Positions 25,400 through 38,000 of a stretch of 64,000 bases of DNA are shown piece by piece. The first letter of the stretch is position 1. Each line of letters starts with the position of its first letter. Source of the stretch: Sminthopsis crassicaudata (taxonomy: Eukaryota); contig NC_133619.1 of assembly GCF_048593235.1 (NCBI RefSeq), positions 176,528,454-176,592,453 on the forward strand. The letters are read 5' to 3'. The position numbers and the translations under genes were made by a program. Under the pieces are notes generated by a model. It had not been told where the DNA came from and made no database searches. It was given only the letters and a program-made list of their open reading frames with translations.

Positions 25400-26370
25400 T
25401 TTCTTCTTTTATACTTAATAGTATATTTTCCAATTACATGTAAAGATTGTTTTCAACATTAATTTTTTTTTAATTTAATTTTATTTTTTATTATACCTTT
25501 TTATTTACAAGATATATGCATGGATAATTTTTCAGCATTGACAGTTGTAAAACCTTATTTCCCATTTTTCTCCTCCTTCTCCCACCCTCTCCCCCAGATG
25601 GCGGGTAGACCAATACATGTTAAATATGTTAAAGTATATTCAACATTCATTTTTGTAAGATTTTGAGTTCCATATTTTTCTTTCTCTCTCCCTTCCCTTT
25701 GTCTTTCCCAGGATAGCAAAAAATTTGATGTAGATTATACATGTACAATCATGTTAAACACATTTCCAAATTAGTGTTATTATAATAGAAGAATCAGAAC
25801 AAAAGGGGAAAACCACAAGGAAGAAAAAACCAGATTTTTTAAAATGTAAAAATCTTCTGCAACCAGACTCCATTCTTTCTCTAGATGTAGATGGAGTTTT
25901 CCTTTACAAAATTTTCAAATTGTCTTAGATCACTGTACTGCCAAGAAGAGCTTTAGTCTATAAACTTGATCATCACACAATGTTGCTTTTAACAGTATAC
26001 AATATGTTTCTGGTTTTGCTTACTTCATTCAGCATCAGTCCATTAAGCCTTTTCAGGTTTTTCTGAAATCTGCCTGCTCATCATTTCTTAAAGAACAATA
26101 GTATTGCATTACATTTATATACCACAACTTGTTTAGCCATTCCTCAATTGATGGGTATCCCCTTAATTTTCAATTCTTTGCCACCATAAAAAGAGCTGCT
26201 ATAAATATTTTTTGTATATGTGGGTCTTTTTTCCTTTTTAATGATCGCTTTGGGATTCAGTTCTGGTCGTGGTACTTCTGGATCAAAGGATATAGACAGT
26301 TTTAAAGTCCTTTGAACATAATTCTAAATTGCTCTCCAGAACTGAGTCAGTTCACAACTCCACCAACAAT
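25400..26370 (-). mobile_element. L1 3' end containing a younger nested L1 3' end (25461-25638)
   Basis: Nested piece flanked by TTCAACATT at 25452-25460 and 25639-25647. Confidence 0.8.
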
Positions 26371-26769
26371 GGATTAGGTTATTCATTGGATAGAGGCTAG
26401 GTTTGGAGCCAGGAAGATATGAATTCAAATCCAACCTCAGATACTGATTAGCTGGTCTGTCACAGCCACTGTTATTACCACTGTCTCCATTACTATCATC
26501 TGATGCCTGGGAAAGGGAGAAGATGATATTTCACAATGTTCACTAAAGAAAAGAACATAAGATATGCATAAAGATCTTAGTCACAGGCTTGCCTAGAAAG
26601 CAACATGCTTAGTGTCTAAGCCCAGGAAGAAAAAGTCATGGAAGAAAAAGTCATCCCCCTGGGAGAATTCAAAAAGTTATCTTTATACCAAGTGGAGTTC
26701 CAGTTCAAAAGCCAATTAATCATGATCAATAGAAAACAGAAAATATCAATGTAGTAAGGGAAGTAAGGG

Positions 26770-27060
26770 AAGGACTCTTAATTCATGTACCTTGCCACGG
26801 TAGAAATGTTGGTAGGAATGTGGTTTAGAAATTCCCATCATCTTTCCAGTCACTTTTTGGTAATGAATACCATCTGTGGCCTTTCCCATTGTTTTGGAAT
26901 ATTCTTTGTGAGATATCTTGAAAATTGTTTGTGACCATCTTGAAAATTTTGTTAGCTGCAGCATATTTGAAATAAAAGTTTCCTGTATATATTGGATCAG
27001 ATATGGCCACTCTTTTGGACTTAATTTTCTTAAATGTCATTTCCGTATTCTCATATTGAA
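26770..27060 (-). mobile_element. RTE-clade LINE remnant, start of reverse-transcriptase region
   Basis: Translation TFKKIKSKRVAISDPIYTG...SLPKSDWKDDGN(fs)KPHSYQHFY resembles the recalled RTE motif MKKLK.GKA.GPDQIY...LLPKKGD....NYRPICLLSHLYK. Confidence 0.6.
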
Positions 27061-27363
27061 AACTAAGATGTTCTAAATATGGTTATTTCACTGTTACCAC
27101 TGATGAGAAGAAATTGCTTTAGAAATGCTGACCAATCTGATTTGTGTAAAACATGCTTGTTAGATATGTTCAATGCATAAATTTACTATGCTTGACCTTG
27201 CATATTTTTCTTTTAAGGGATTTTTTTTTCTTTTTTTTTTCATAATGAGAAGAAAGAGGGAAGGGAAAGAAAGCAAATTTTTGTTAAATGAAAAACAAAT
27301 CAAATTTTAAAAAGAGAAATGAAGGTGATATACAAATATCAATACATTTTTAAAAATCTGCTT

Positions 27364-27754
27364 AAACCAGGAGACCATTCCACACAATAATAGCAACATT
27401 GTACAATGATCAGCTATGAATGACTTAGCTCTTCCCAGCAGTACAACAAATCCAAGACAATTCCAAAGGACTTATGATTGAAAAAGAGAAAGAACTGATG
27501 AAGCCTGAATGCAAATCAAAGCATACAATTTAATTTTTTTCTTTTTTTCATGTTTTTTTCCCCTTTTGATCTGTTTCTTTCATAGTATGACTAATCTGGA
27601 AATATATTTACAGGATTATATGTATACAAACTACATTAAATTGCTTGCTGTCTTGGGGAGAGGAGAGAGGAGGGAAAGATGGAGAAAATCTGATTTCAGA
27701 ATTAAATATATTTAGTATTTAAAATTGTCTTTACAAGTAATTGGAAAAATACTA
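27364..27754 (+). mobile_element. L1 3' end with TSD, inserted between RTE fragments
   Basis: 16-bp TSD TTTTAAAAATCTGCTT at 27348-27363 and 27755-27770. Confidence 0.85.
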
Positions 27755-27779
27755 TTTTAAAAATCTGCTTTTGTTGTCT

Positions 27780-28060
27780 CCCTTCTCATATAAAAGCTGT
27801 CAGGATGCTCTGGCTTAATTGGGTCTCATGCCAAGCTTTCCACAGAATTGTTTCCTCTCCTCTGCTTTTTACTGTTTTATAAGGCAGTGCTGTTTGTAAT
27901 CTTCCACCATCATTCTCCATAATGTTTTGCAAATGATCTTGTATTCTAAACCAGTGTTGCCCTTGGCTGCCATATTTCTCTTTTTGGCAAGGGATCAAGT
28001 TTTTGTTGGCTGAAGTGGTTTCTGGGTTCTTTCAGCCTTCTTTTAGTGATGACAAAAATA
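27780..28060 (-). mobile_element. RTE-clade LINE remnant, linker between endonuclease and RT
   Basis: Frameshifted translation EYKIICKTLWRMMVEDYKQH...KAWHETQLSQSILTAF resembles the recalled RTE EY..LCK.IR..M.ED motif. Confidence 0.62.
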
Positions 28061-28159
28061 ATGTATTGATATCTTTTGCTTTTATATCACCTCCATTCTA
28101 AATATATTTCTCTTTTGCCCCTTACCAGGGGAATTTTCCCTTTTAACAAAGAATTTAAA

Positions 28160-28292
28160 AAAGGGAGGAGAGAGAGAGGGGAGGGAGGGGGAGAAGGGGA
28201 AAGGGGAAGAGGAGGAGAGGGGGAGGGAGGAAATGAGGGAGGGAGAGAGGAAATGAGGGAGGGAGGGAGGGAAGAGAAGAGAAGAGAGAGAG
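28160..28292 (+). repeat. Purine-rich GA/GGGA low-complexity tract
   Basis: Almost pure G/A for about 130 nt. Confidence 0.9.
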
Positions 28293-28439
28293 CAATTTAG
28301 CAAACCTAGCTAATACATCAAATAACAGTTTATTCAATGTTCCACAAGTGATTACTCTTTTACATAGGTTATACTTTTCTAAGAAACAATGATAAGCAGA
28401 ATCAATGTCTTTATTTTTAAATGTTTTCCATTTTTAAGA

Positions 28440-28900
28440 GTCAGCTTTTTTGATACTTTGATAGTTCTGTAATTATACTGATGTAGTTGCTGTCTTCAAT
28501 GGAACAGATCAAAACCCATCTAAACCTTCACATTCTATATGAGTCTTAGCCATGATCTTCTTAAATCCATCCCATCAATGGTAAAGCATCTCAGCATAAG
28601 TTTCCATTGTTCCCCTGAGGGCAGAGAGCTATTAGGACCATTAAAAACATTGCACAATTTCTCCAGTGTCATCTAGTCCATTTCTTCAACCTGTGGGCTC
28701 AGCTCCAATTTCATTGCCTCTCTAAGATATAGGTACTTATAGGCCAACAAGAGGTATTCTTTAGCCATCTGTTTTTTCCATGTGGATTATGGAGTTATTC
28801 AGGATTTAATTTAAGGGGTTTCTAAAGGTTCTGGGGCATGATGCAATCAATATAATGTTTTTGTATAATTAGGAACATCTGGAATAATTCCTTAAGAAGT
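28440..28900 (-). mobile_element. RTE-clade LINE remnant, post-RT C-terminal region
   Basis: Translation YKYLYLREAMKLELSPQVEEMD*MTLEKLCNVFNGP resembles the recalled RTE Y.YLG.......EL..R....W..F.KL..VF. Confidence 0.5.
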
Positions 28901-29237
28901 GTAGAGTAGTGAAGAAGTTCTAGCTCCAGAGTCAAGTAGGTTCAAAATACAACCCCTGACATGTACAACTTGTGTGTCCTGAATCAAGTCATTTAAGCCA
29001 TCCTTGGTTTCCTTACCTAGAAAGTGAGAGGGTTGGGATTGTTGGCCTTCTGAGATTCCTTTTCACTCAGAATCTATGAATCTGTGAGTTAAAGGATATC
29101 CTTGTTTCATTTAGACCCCGGATAGGACCATAGTCTTCTGTTTATGCCTCACTACACAATGATTAGTCATTATGATATAAAAATTATGTTATTAAATGTC
29201 AGCTTGAGTTTTATTTGATACCTATTCAAAATAATTT

Positions 29238-29610
29238 GCTTTTTTGGTAGCTTGTAAACTTCTTTTTGGATTCATATTCTTAGCATCTTGCACATAATAG
29301 ATATTAAATAAATGTTCTTTTGAATTGAAATTATCTTCTGTCAACCATCTTTCATCTAATTATGTATCATCTGTCACTGATCATCTATTATTTATTAACT
29401 TGTATGACATGGGAAACACTAGCATAGGATTGCCCATCATGGCGTGAAACAAAATTAATTTATTTTTACTTTTTTCATTCTATTATTTAATCATCTATCT
29501 ATTCATCTAGCCATCTACTTGTTCATCTATCTGTCCATCCATTTACCCTATCCCTCTATCCATTCAACTATTAATCTATCTATCCATCTCTCTCTCTCTC
29601 AATGTATCTA
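29238..29610 (+). repeat. Local direct duplication, copy 1
   Basis: Near-identical to 31131-31497. Confidence 0.95.
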
Positions 29611-31130
29611 TCTATCTGTCTATCTATTGTATATTTATGTATGTTTAGTCCAGACTTATAGTATAGGAAAATTCCTGGAGATGAAGTTTTTTTTCCCTAT
29701 GAATCTAGATTAGCAGCCATACTATAACATACAGCTTTAGGGAGTTGTCTGGGGTCCTGGGAGTGCATCTTACTCATACTGTATGTATGAGAGGTAGAAC
29801 TCAACCACTGGTCTTCTTGATTCTGAGTTGGGCTTTTTATCAAGTGTACCATATAACATTTCTAAAGAATTTTATCGCTTACAATTTCTGTGGGGTCTCA
29901 CAACAAACTTATGAGGTAGAACATATAAGTTATTCTAATTTATAGCCCCAAACATTTATGGTCACATACTGTTAATAATTGTCAAAGCTGGCACTCAGTT
30001 ACTATTCTAAGGTTGCTTACTACCTTGCCTACAATATGATCTTCTAGATATGTCATTTGCTTCCAATTTTTTCCTTTCTCCCCTCCCTTTTTTATTTTTT
30101 GGCAAGTCTGGCTCTAGATTACATATTAAGTACCATTTGTAAATGTCTTTGACTTTTTCTTTTCAATATCCCTTGCGATGGAAACTGTTCATTTTCTACT
30201 TAATTCTCATTTTTTTCTTTAGTAATTTTCTCAAGGACTGTGACTGTTCTGTGGAATGCCCTCATGACTTAACTAGTAACTAAGTTAAAATTAACTTTCG
30301 TGACAAGTTTAAAAGTTTAGCAAAACCCAATGAATCCACCTTGTGTGTTTGTTTTGCTTCAGATATATGAAACTTTGAGTTTCTTTGAAGCCTGACCCTG
30401 AGGATCTATACTTAGAAGATTCAACATTAGTCTGTAATTCAGGAAGTCAGTTCACATTATATTCACTGCATGTTGTTCAAAAACTGTATTCTTGTTCTCT
30501 AAAAGACTTCCTTTCTGACCTCATATCGACATTTTGAGGCTTGTTCCATGCACAGCCTCCTCCTTTCTTCCTTTTTTCCATTCCATTCTTGCTCAACCCT
30601 GTCTTTCCCCTCCCTGTACTCAAAGTCCTTCCTTTTGGAATACAATTTTTAAATGCCACTTTTCTTTGTGCTGTCTATTTTTATGCATTTTATTCAGAGG
30701 TAATAGATAAAGACTCAAAACAAATGAATTCTATAGTGGAACCAGAATTCAGAGAAAAACAGAATATTAAAACTAAAAGAGACTTTAGAGGACCTCTTCA
30801 ACAATTTGTAGGAGATTTTAGGGTGGAAAGCTGGATCATCAAGTGTATTTCCATTATTTTAATTTTTAATTATTCTCAATCATTGAAGAAATTCAAGTCC
30901 AAAGAAGTTAAGTGATTTGCTCAATCATATACTAATAAGTAGCAAAGCCAGGACTCAAAGCTAGCTTATCTTGACTCCATGTACAATGCCCTTTGTACTA
31001 ACATACGAATTGTGTTAATTTGTACTATAACACACATAAATTGTGTTTGCTAGTGTGGAAATCAAGATAGCAGAGGTGACAACTAAAATTGATAGAAATA
31101 TTTAATATTTAATACATTATTAATATTAAT

Positions 31131-31497
31131 GCTTTTTGGTAGCTTGTAAACTTCTTTTTGGATTCATATTCTTAGCATCTTGCACATAATAGATATTAAA
31201 TGTTCTTTTGAATTGAAATTATCATCTGTCAACCATCTTTCATCTAACTATGTATCATCTGTCACTGATCATCTAATTATCTATTAACTTGTATGACATG
31301 GGAAACACTGGCATAGGATTGCCCATCATGGCATGAAACAAAATTAATTTATTTTTACTTTTTTCATTCTATTATTTAATCATCTATCTATAAATCTAGC
31401 CATCTACTTGTTCATCTATCTGTCCATCCATTTACCCTATCCCTCTATCCATTCAACTATTAATCTATCTATCCATCTCTCTCTCTCAATGTATCTA
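31131..31497 (+). repeat. Local direct duplication, copy 2
   Basis: Near-identical to 29238-29610; about ten small differences counted by eye. Confidence 0.95.
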
Positions 31498-31971
31498 AGT
31501 GATAATACTTAAAATAAGAGATTAGAGGAGTTCCCTAATTAAATTAATGCACTTATAAGGATGATAATAATAGCCTTTGTTTGAGACTGATTTAATCTAA
31601 GAATGGTATGTCCTTGATTGACCTTTCTCAATTCAGTGAGGATCAGTTGGGGTTGGATTGCTGTATTGAATTATTGGTTGAAGGTCTTCGCCTTTGGGCT
31701 GACCTGTCAAAGACAATTATCACATCTCACTTGATATTTTTTGCTTTTTTGCTCTTTTTTTCCTGTATTCCTTTTCAGAGAAAAAAACCATCTAAAAGCA
31801 GAATCAGCATTTAGCAAAAAAGCTTGGCACATAGTAGCAATTTCATAAATGTTGTTTAATAACTTTCTGTGAGTCTTTGTTGTTTTTTGGAGTTTTTCTG
31901 GGATGAAATAAAGGCTACTTTGTATTCATTAAATGTTGTTGTTTATAGAGGAATTGAACTCCTTTAAACCA

Positions 31972-32166
31972 TAGCTGTCAAACATGCTGTCTGTGGGCCT
32001 CTTGAGTGCTGCTGAACCCTATTAAAATATAATTTGGAAACATTAACAAAATATACATAAAAATCTAATAAAACATAACTTTTTTTTAAAAAATGAAGTC
32101 AATATGCATTCCAGGGGTCCTTGTAAGTCCTTGTGGCCTTTTTAAAAATTTGAGTTTGACAGTACT
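31972..32166. mobile_element. hAT-type MITE
   Basis: Terminal inverted repeats GCTGTCAAAC ... GTTTGACAGT around an AT-rich core. Confidence 0.6.
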
Positions 32167-32237
32167 ACTTTAAACCACATCTATAGCGTTAGAGTAGGGA
32201 TAATATGATATGATATGATAACATTTTATTTTTGTTT

Positions 32238-32362
32238 TTGAGAGGCAATTGACTTGGCCAGGATCAAACAGCTAGTAAGTGTTAAGTGTCTTAGGGCAGA
32301 TTTGAATTCAGATCTTCCTGACTTCAGAGCTGGTGCTCTATCCACTGTGTGATCTAGCTTCC
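32238..32362 (-). mobile_element. WSINE1-like SINE
   Basis: GTTAAGTGTC...TTTGAATTCAGATCTTCCTGACTTCAGAGCTGGTGCTCTATCCACTG. Confidence 0.75.
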
Positions 32363-32964
32363 TTTAATATAATATAATGTTTATAATTTTGGAGGGCCAT
32401 ATTTAAGATCAGAACCAGTCTATGTAAGCTCAGAGTTTGAGGTGCCAGATGTATCACTTACATTATTATATTTTTTTTCCCCACAAACAAATTGACATTG
32501 CTAATATAACACTAAAAAGTCATCTTCAAAAGTGTTTAGCTATAAGTTCATAGCAATGTATTAGGAGCACCAAAGAGTTAAGTAAATCAAGAAAGCAAGC
32601 ATTTATGAAGCATTTATTATATGCTAGGCTAAGTACTGGGAAATACAAATATAAGTAGAACAAAAATAGTTCCTGCCCTCAACGACCTCACATTTTAATG
32701 GAGAAATAAAATACAGAAAAAGAAGCTGAGGAAAGGTGAAAATTGAAAATAATCTCAAAGGGGAATGGTGAAGAAAGTCCAGGGACTCAAAAATGAAGTT
32801 GGGCAAGAAAGGGAAGGTTGATTGGCTTAGGCACTTTTTTCAAAATTGATGTTCTGGCACAAATCAGCCAATTTAAGGAAGTGCGCTATGCATTTGAGCA
32901 TGCTTGCTTTCTGAGAAGTACAGAGGCAGAGGGAACTCCCAGGGTGAGAAAGCTGTTTCGTTGT

Positions 32965-33170
32965 TGTTTGTCCTTCATTTCTGGAGGACCAATGGCATCA
33001 GAAGGGAGAGTTGTAGGTGAGTAGGATTTTAAGTGAGGCAGAACTGGGCAAAGTCATTAGCTTCACATTATCAGGGTCATCTGAGTCCAATGGCAAGACA
33101 GCTCAGGACCACTGGAGATGACCTCAGTTGCAATGCGAGACTTTGGCCTTTTTAAGCTAAGGTTTTTTTC
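32965..33170. mobile_element. MdoRep1-like repeat (name tentative)
   Basis: Same family as the 1025, 15830 and 40695 copies. Confidence 0.6.
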
Positions 33171-34369
33171 TCAGGTCTCCCAGGTTTCCTAGGAACATGG
33201 TTTTTTGCATACAGGAGGGTCCATGAGGTATATAACCCAAGGATGTTTAAGGTAAGAGGATCCCAAGGCCCCTGTATTTACAAATATACTTATAAAACAC
33301 TTTTGTAACATCTATTGGTAAAAAGGAGGTGCCTGTTGAATGGGCAGTAGCTGAACCAAAATGTCATAAATAAGTATTATTGTGTCATAAGAAAAGTCAA
33401 ATATAAAGAATTCAGAGAAACTTCTTTGTATGAAAGAAGTCATAATGGGACCTAAAAAGATGAATCCAGAAAGGGAGCATATGGAAAAATTATTTTAGAA
33501 GTACCCAAGGATCATTTCTTAAGATATATCAAATAGGATAAGATGCCCAAAGGACAGAAAACTACTTTGGCATGGTAGAAGAAGTCTGGAGAATCAGAAA
33601 TGGATCCTGGAGACAAATGCAACAGCTAATCTTTAAGGATTCACAATAACTAAGGAAAGTTTTATTGCCTAGCATTACTAATGACAAAATAGGATACTGT
33701 TCTACGGTAGTACATCCATATTGCTCCATGTAGTTCCTCACATAGGCCTTTCCTTTCCTCCAGTGTTCTAATTTCTTGCTTTCACTTTTCCTTCTCCTTC
33801 CCCACCACCCATCATCTTAATGCTGATGAATCTCAGCTATATGGTAGAAGAAAAGCAATTTGATTATTTTGATTAAAATAATTCATAGCAGGTTACAAAT
33901 GACATGCAGGATGAACCCTCTCAGGACACTTTGTTCATTAACAGAGGCATGTACTCATCCAAATGAAACTCTAGTTAATAAAGTGGTTGTGAGAACTGTT
34001 TTTGAGAGGGAGAGGATGTTTCTTTGCCTCTTGCCTGCTTTAGGGCCATTGCCTCTTCTATTCCCAGAAATACAGGGTAACAGTAATTTGGTATCTCCCT
34101 TTTAAAACATTTCTGAAACCCATTCTGAGATTACAAAAATAAAACCTCTATTTGTCCTACAACATTAGCAGACTAGCTCTCTGGACCTCTTCTATTTAAC
34201 AGAACAAATGAGTTTTCTTTCAATTTTGTCTTTAAGCAGTCTATTTCTGTGTTTTGAAGGCTGATGTGGATGATTTCTCCTATTCTAAATCAGCCTTCAA
34301 AACACAGAAATGCTCAGTCATGTAATTAAGTTTTCGGCATATTTTATGGGCCCCAGGAGATATGCACAT

Positions 34370-35060
34370 GATCAAGGAGAATGATCTCATCAAGAAAGTC
34401 AGGATGAATCAAATGAATGAAACATTAGACAATGTCCAGCTAGCAGCATAAGCTTTTGCGTTACCCTAAGAGCACACTTTAGCACATTTAGCCTTCTGGC
34501 TGGTCTCCCTGCCTCTAGAATTTCTCCACTCCAGTCCGTCCTCCATGGAGCTGTCAAATTAATCTTCCTTATGTGCAGTTCTGACCATATCACCTCTCTA
34601 TTCAGTGAACTCCAGTGGTTTCCTATCACTTCCAGGAGCAAATATAAAATCCTCTAATATTCAAAGACCTTCCTAAAATATCTCCTTCTTACCTTTCCAT
34701 TCTTATACTTATTCCCTTACTTGTACTCTGAAATCCAGTGACATAGGCCTCCTGGGTCTTTTTCATACACAATACTTCATCTTTTGACTGACTGCTTTCA
34801 CTGACTGTCCCTCATGTTTGAAATTCTCTCCCTCCTTATCTCTACTGGCAGAAGTCACAGTTAGTTCCATGTTCTACAAGAGATCTTTCCTAATTCCCCT
34901 TAATGCTCTTAGGTTTTTTCTTCTGTTTTTTTTTTTTAATCCCACTATATTCCATCTGAATCCTTTTTTGTATGCAATTATTTGTTTATTGTTCTTCCCA
35001 TTAGAATGTGAATAATATTAGGGACTTCTTTGTATCCTCAGTGTTTAGCACTATGACTGT
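34370..35060 (+). mobile_element. L2 3' fragment
   Basis: CTGACCATATCACCTCTCTATTCAGTGAACTCCAGTGG...TTAGAATGTGAA...TTTGTATCCTCAGTGTTTAGCAC. Confidence 0.75.
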
Positions 35061-38000
35061 TGACATATTTTTGGGATTTTACTTACTATCAAGAGTTGAG
35101 CATCCTCAGTGCTATATATAATATTGGCAAATTGATAATTATTCAGAGACCACATTTAGTGAAAAATGTTTTCATTTTATGAGATTATATATCCTACAAT
35201 TATCTTAAACTAATGCTAAAAAGAAAGGGGAAGAAAAAAATATGTGATAAAGCTTAAGTTTCAAAGTCTTGAATCCAGCTAGTAACTTGATTCTATAAAG
35301 AGAGGGCCTGGATCTGTGAATTCATTAGTATTTGGAGTTCCCAAGTAAGGAAAGCTAACTCCACAAATATAAATCAGCACCTTGTCTTGGATTTATACAA
35401 TAATCTTAGAAGGTTGCCTATAGCAAAACAGGTTAAATGATTTGTCCAGGATCACACAGCGAATTATCAGAAGGAGGATTGAACTCAGTTCTTGGATTTG
35501 AAGTGAGTTCTCTGCTCACTATACCACAGTGAATCTCAGTTTAGTTGCAATTTAAAAAATGCCAAATTCTTATAAATTAGATAAGTAAAGTGACCACCTG
35601 TCTTAGAAGCAACTTTATGGGTTAATAAGTGGAGAGTATACTTTCTAACATTTACTAACATAGAATCTCTTAAATTTTGGGCTTCTATGGATGGGGTCCA
35701 ATGTTAGGAGCAACCTTTTCCCCAGTATCCTCCTACCTCCCCATCTCCTCTTTCATTTTCCATATCCCTGTCTCTTTGACTTTTTATGCCCCCACCCAGA
35801 ATTTCAGAATATGATTCATATTTAGACTTCATGCTTGTAGGTAAAAAGCTTCTTCCCAAATCCTTACAAATATTCAATATAATGCATATGCAGTAAATAA
35901 AAGCCCATTTTATTTTGTCATTCAGAAAATGAAGAAAATATAAAGAATTCACGGTATTCTGTAAACAATCAATATAATTCTCTCACTCTTTAGGGATTTG
36001 TATTTGCCACCAGCATTCAAAAGATCGCCAGATTTAGTAGCATACCATGATTTGTCTTTCATTTTGAAGGGAAGTGAATTTGGAACTTCCATTCTGTTGG
36101 GTTCCTGTTTCCACAGGGATGCATACAATTTCCTCAGTGTACAGAGCTGTTATGTGGTTCAGACTGCCTGCAGCTTCTAAGTATTTCAGTGAGTCCCTTT
36201 TTTAGCTCAGAGAAAAAATACTTGGCATTGTATGATGGACAACTCTCTATGGGAATAGAGTTGAATAAATTATGATAATCATATACAGAAAGTGCTAAGT
36301 TCCTTGTTTCATACGTATGTCATGATTTTAGCTTCTTGTTGCTATTTCTCCCAACACTAAGGAGTGAGATATAAAACAATCTTCTTTCTGTAAAATGAAT
36401 TCTGTTAAAAAAAATCCTCCTTTTGATAGGAGACCAGATCCCTGAACTCTTGAATTTAGGGTTCCCTATAAGGTAAGCCTGAAAATTTGTCCTGCCTAGG
36501 AAATTTCCCCTTCTCTGGCTTGATAATTGCATTCTGAAATTAAATCTTGGGTTTTTAGGGAGGCAGTTCTTGGGATCTCTCACCACATACTCACATGATT
36601 CCCATCTCAATTACTACCATGAGGTTGAGAGATTATACCCTTGCATATCTCAGGCTAGAATTAAGAATCTGACATTGTCCAGTAACTTTCCTTTCAGACT
36701 TCTGCTTCAAGTACTTCAATGTACTTCTGCTTCAAGACATCCATAAATGCCTTTTAACTGCTTTCAGGAGTTCTTAAAAAAAAAAACCTAGAAAAGGAAA
36801 AAGGACTGAAAAGGATGTTTGGTTCAAAGAGTCTACCATTTGAAGACTCCCAAGTCAGCCAATTTACTTTGGGCAAATCTTCTTTTAGTGAAACCCATCT
36901 TTCTGAAAGGTTCTATGGGTCATTCAGAGGGCATAAGAAAATGGGACTAAATATTCTATATTAGGCTCACTTCCAGGAAAGTCACCAACTTGTTTAGGAA
37001 GTGTAATTCATTAATCTGTCATTTCTATTTATTTCATAGAATTATAGAGGTGGGAGAAGAAAATTACATTTTATAGATGAAAAAATTGAAGGCCAAAGAA
37101 GCCAACTGACTTATCTAAGCTAACACAATTTAGCAATTTAAAAAACATTTTAGAAGGCTTTTTTAAATTGAGAAGATGAAAAATTTCTGAGGTTAAAACC
37201 TTTAGCCTTTGGCTTCCACTGGGGTTTCTCATGTTGCTTTGTAATGTGTAGAGTGTGTCTATGATAGGAAGAGTGTTCCTTTTAGGTGACAGATCTTTAC
37301 ATTCCTTTAGATACAATTTGTCCCTCTCCCCTTCTTCAAAAGAAGGTGGGAAAGGGCAGGTACTTAAGTTGGCTAATGATTAATAATGTGAGAGAATTCA
37401 TGAGCCTGGAACCTAATCTCCTTCTTACTTCTTTTTCTGGGTGGACATATACCCAATCTGCATTCACAGTCTAAGGTTGGGAATTCCCAGAAGGGTAAAT
37501 CACAGTGCTATAACTCTTTCTTAAGATTCTAAAGGTAATTCTAATGTAATAACTATAATTCCACTATTCACAACTAAGTTCTTGTATCCCTACAAATGTG
37601 CTCTCCATTTAAGAAATCAGCTAAAAAGGTACCATTATGCTTAATCAGAATTACTTGGTAAACAACGGACAGAGTAAGAATGGTTAAAAACAGCATGCTA
37701 TCCATAAACCTGGGACATATTTTCCAAACAATGCTCACACAGTATCCAGGAAGAGTTGGCAGAAACTTAAAGAAACTTAAAGCATCGAGGCTCTTGAGTA
37801 GGGGACATGTAACCCTGAAACAACTCATTATGGACTCTATAACTTAATATCTTTGATATCTTTCAGGGATAATTTGTACAACAGGCACTGATGGATGGAT
37901 CTCTTCTGACCTATATGTTCTGATGAACTAATCTGCTGGCTGCTATACTCAAATGACCCCTCTGTTGATAGGTAAGTTCTTTTTAGCAAATCAGAGACCC

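Noticed and set aside
26746-27998. Gene-like ORFs initially considered as a sulfotransferase pseudogene or endogenous viral element
   Set aside because: No SULT or viral motifs; frameshifted translations fit RTE LINE motifs better.
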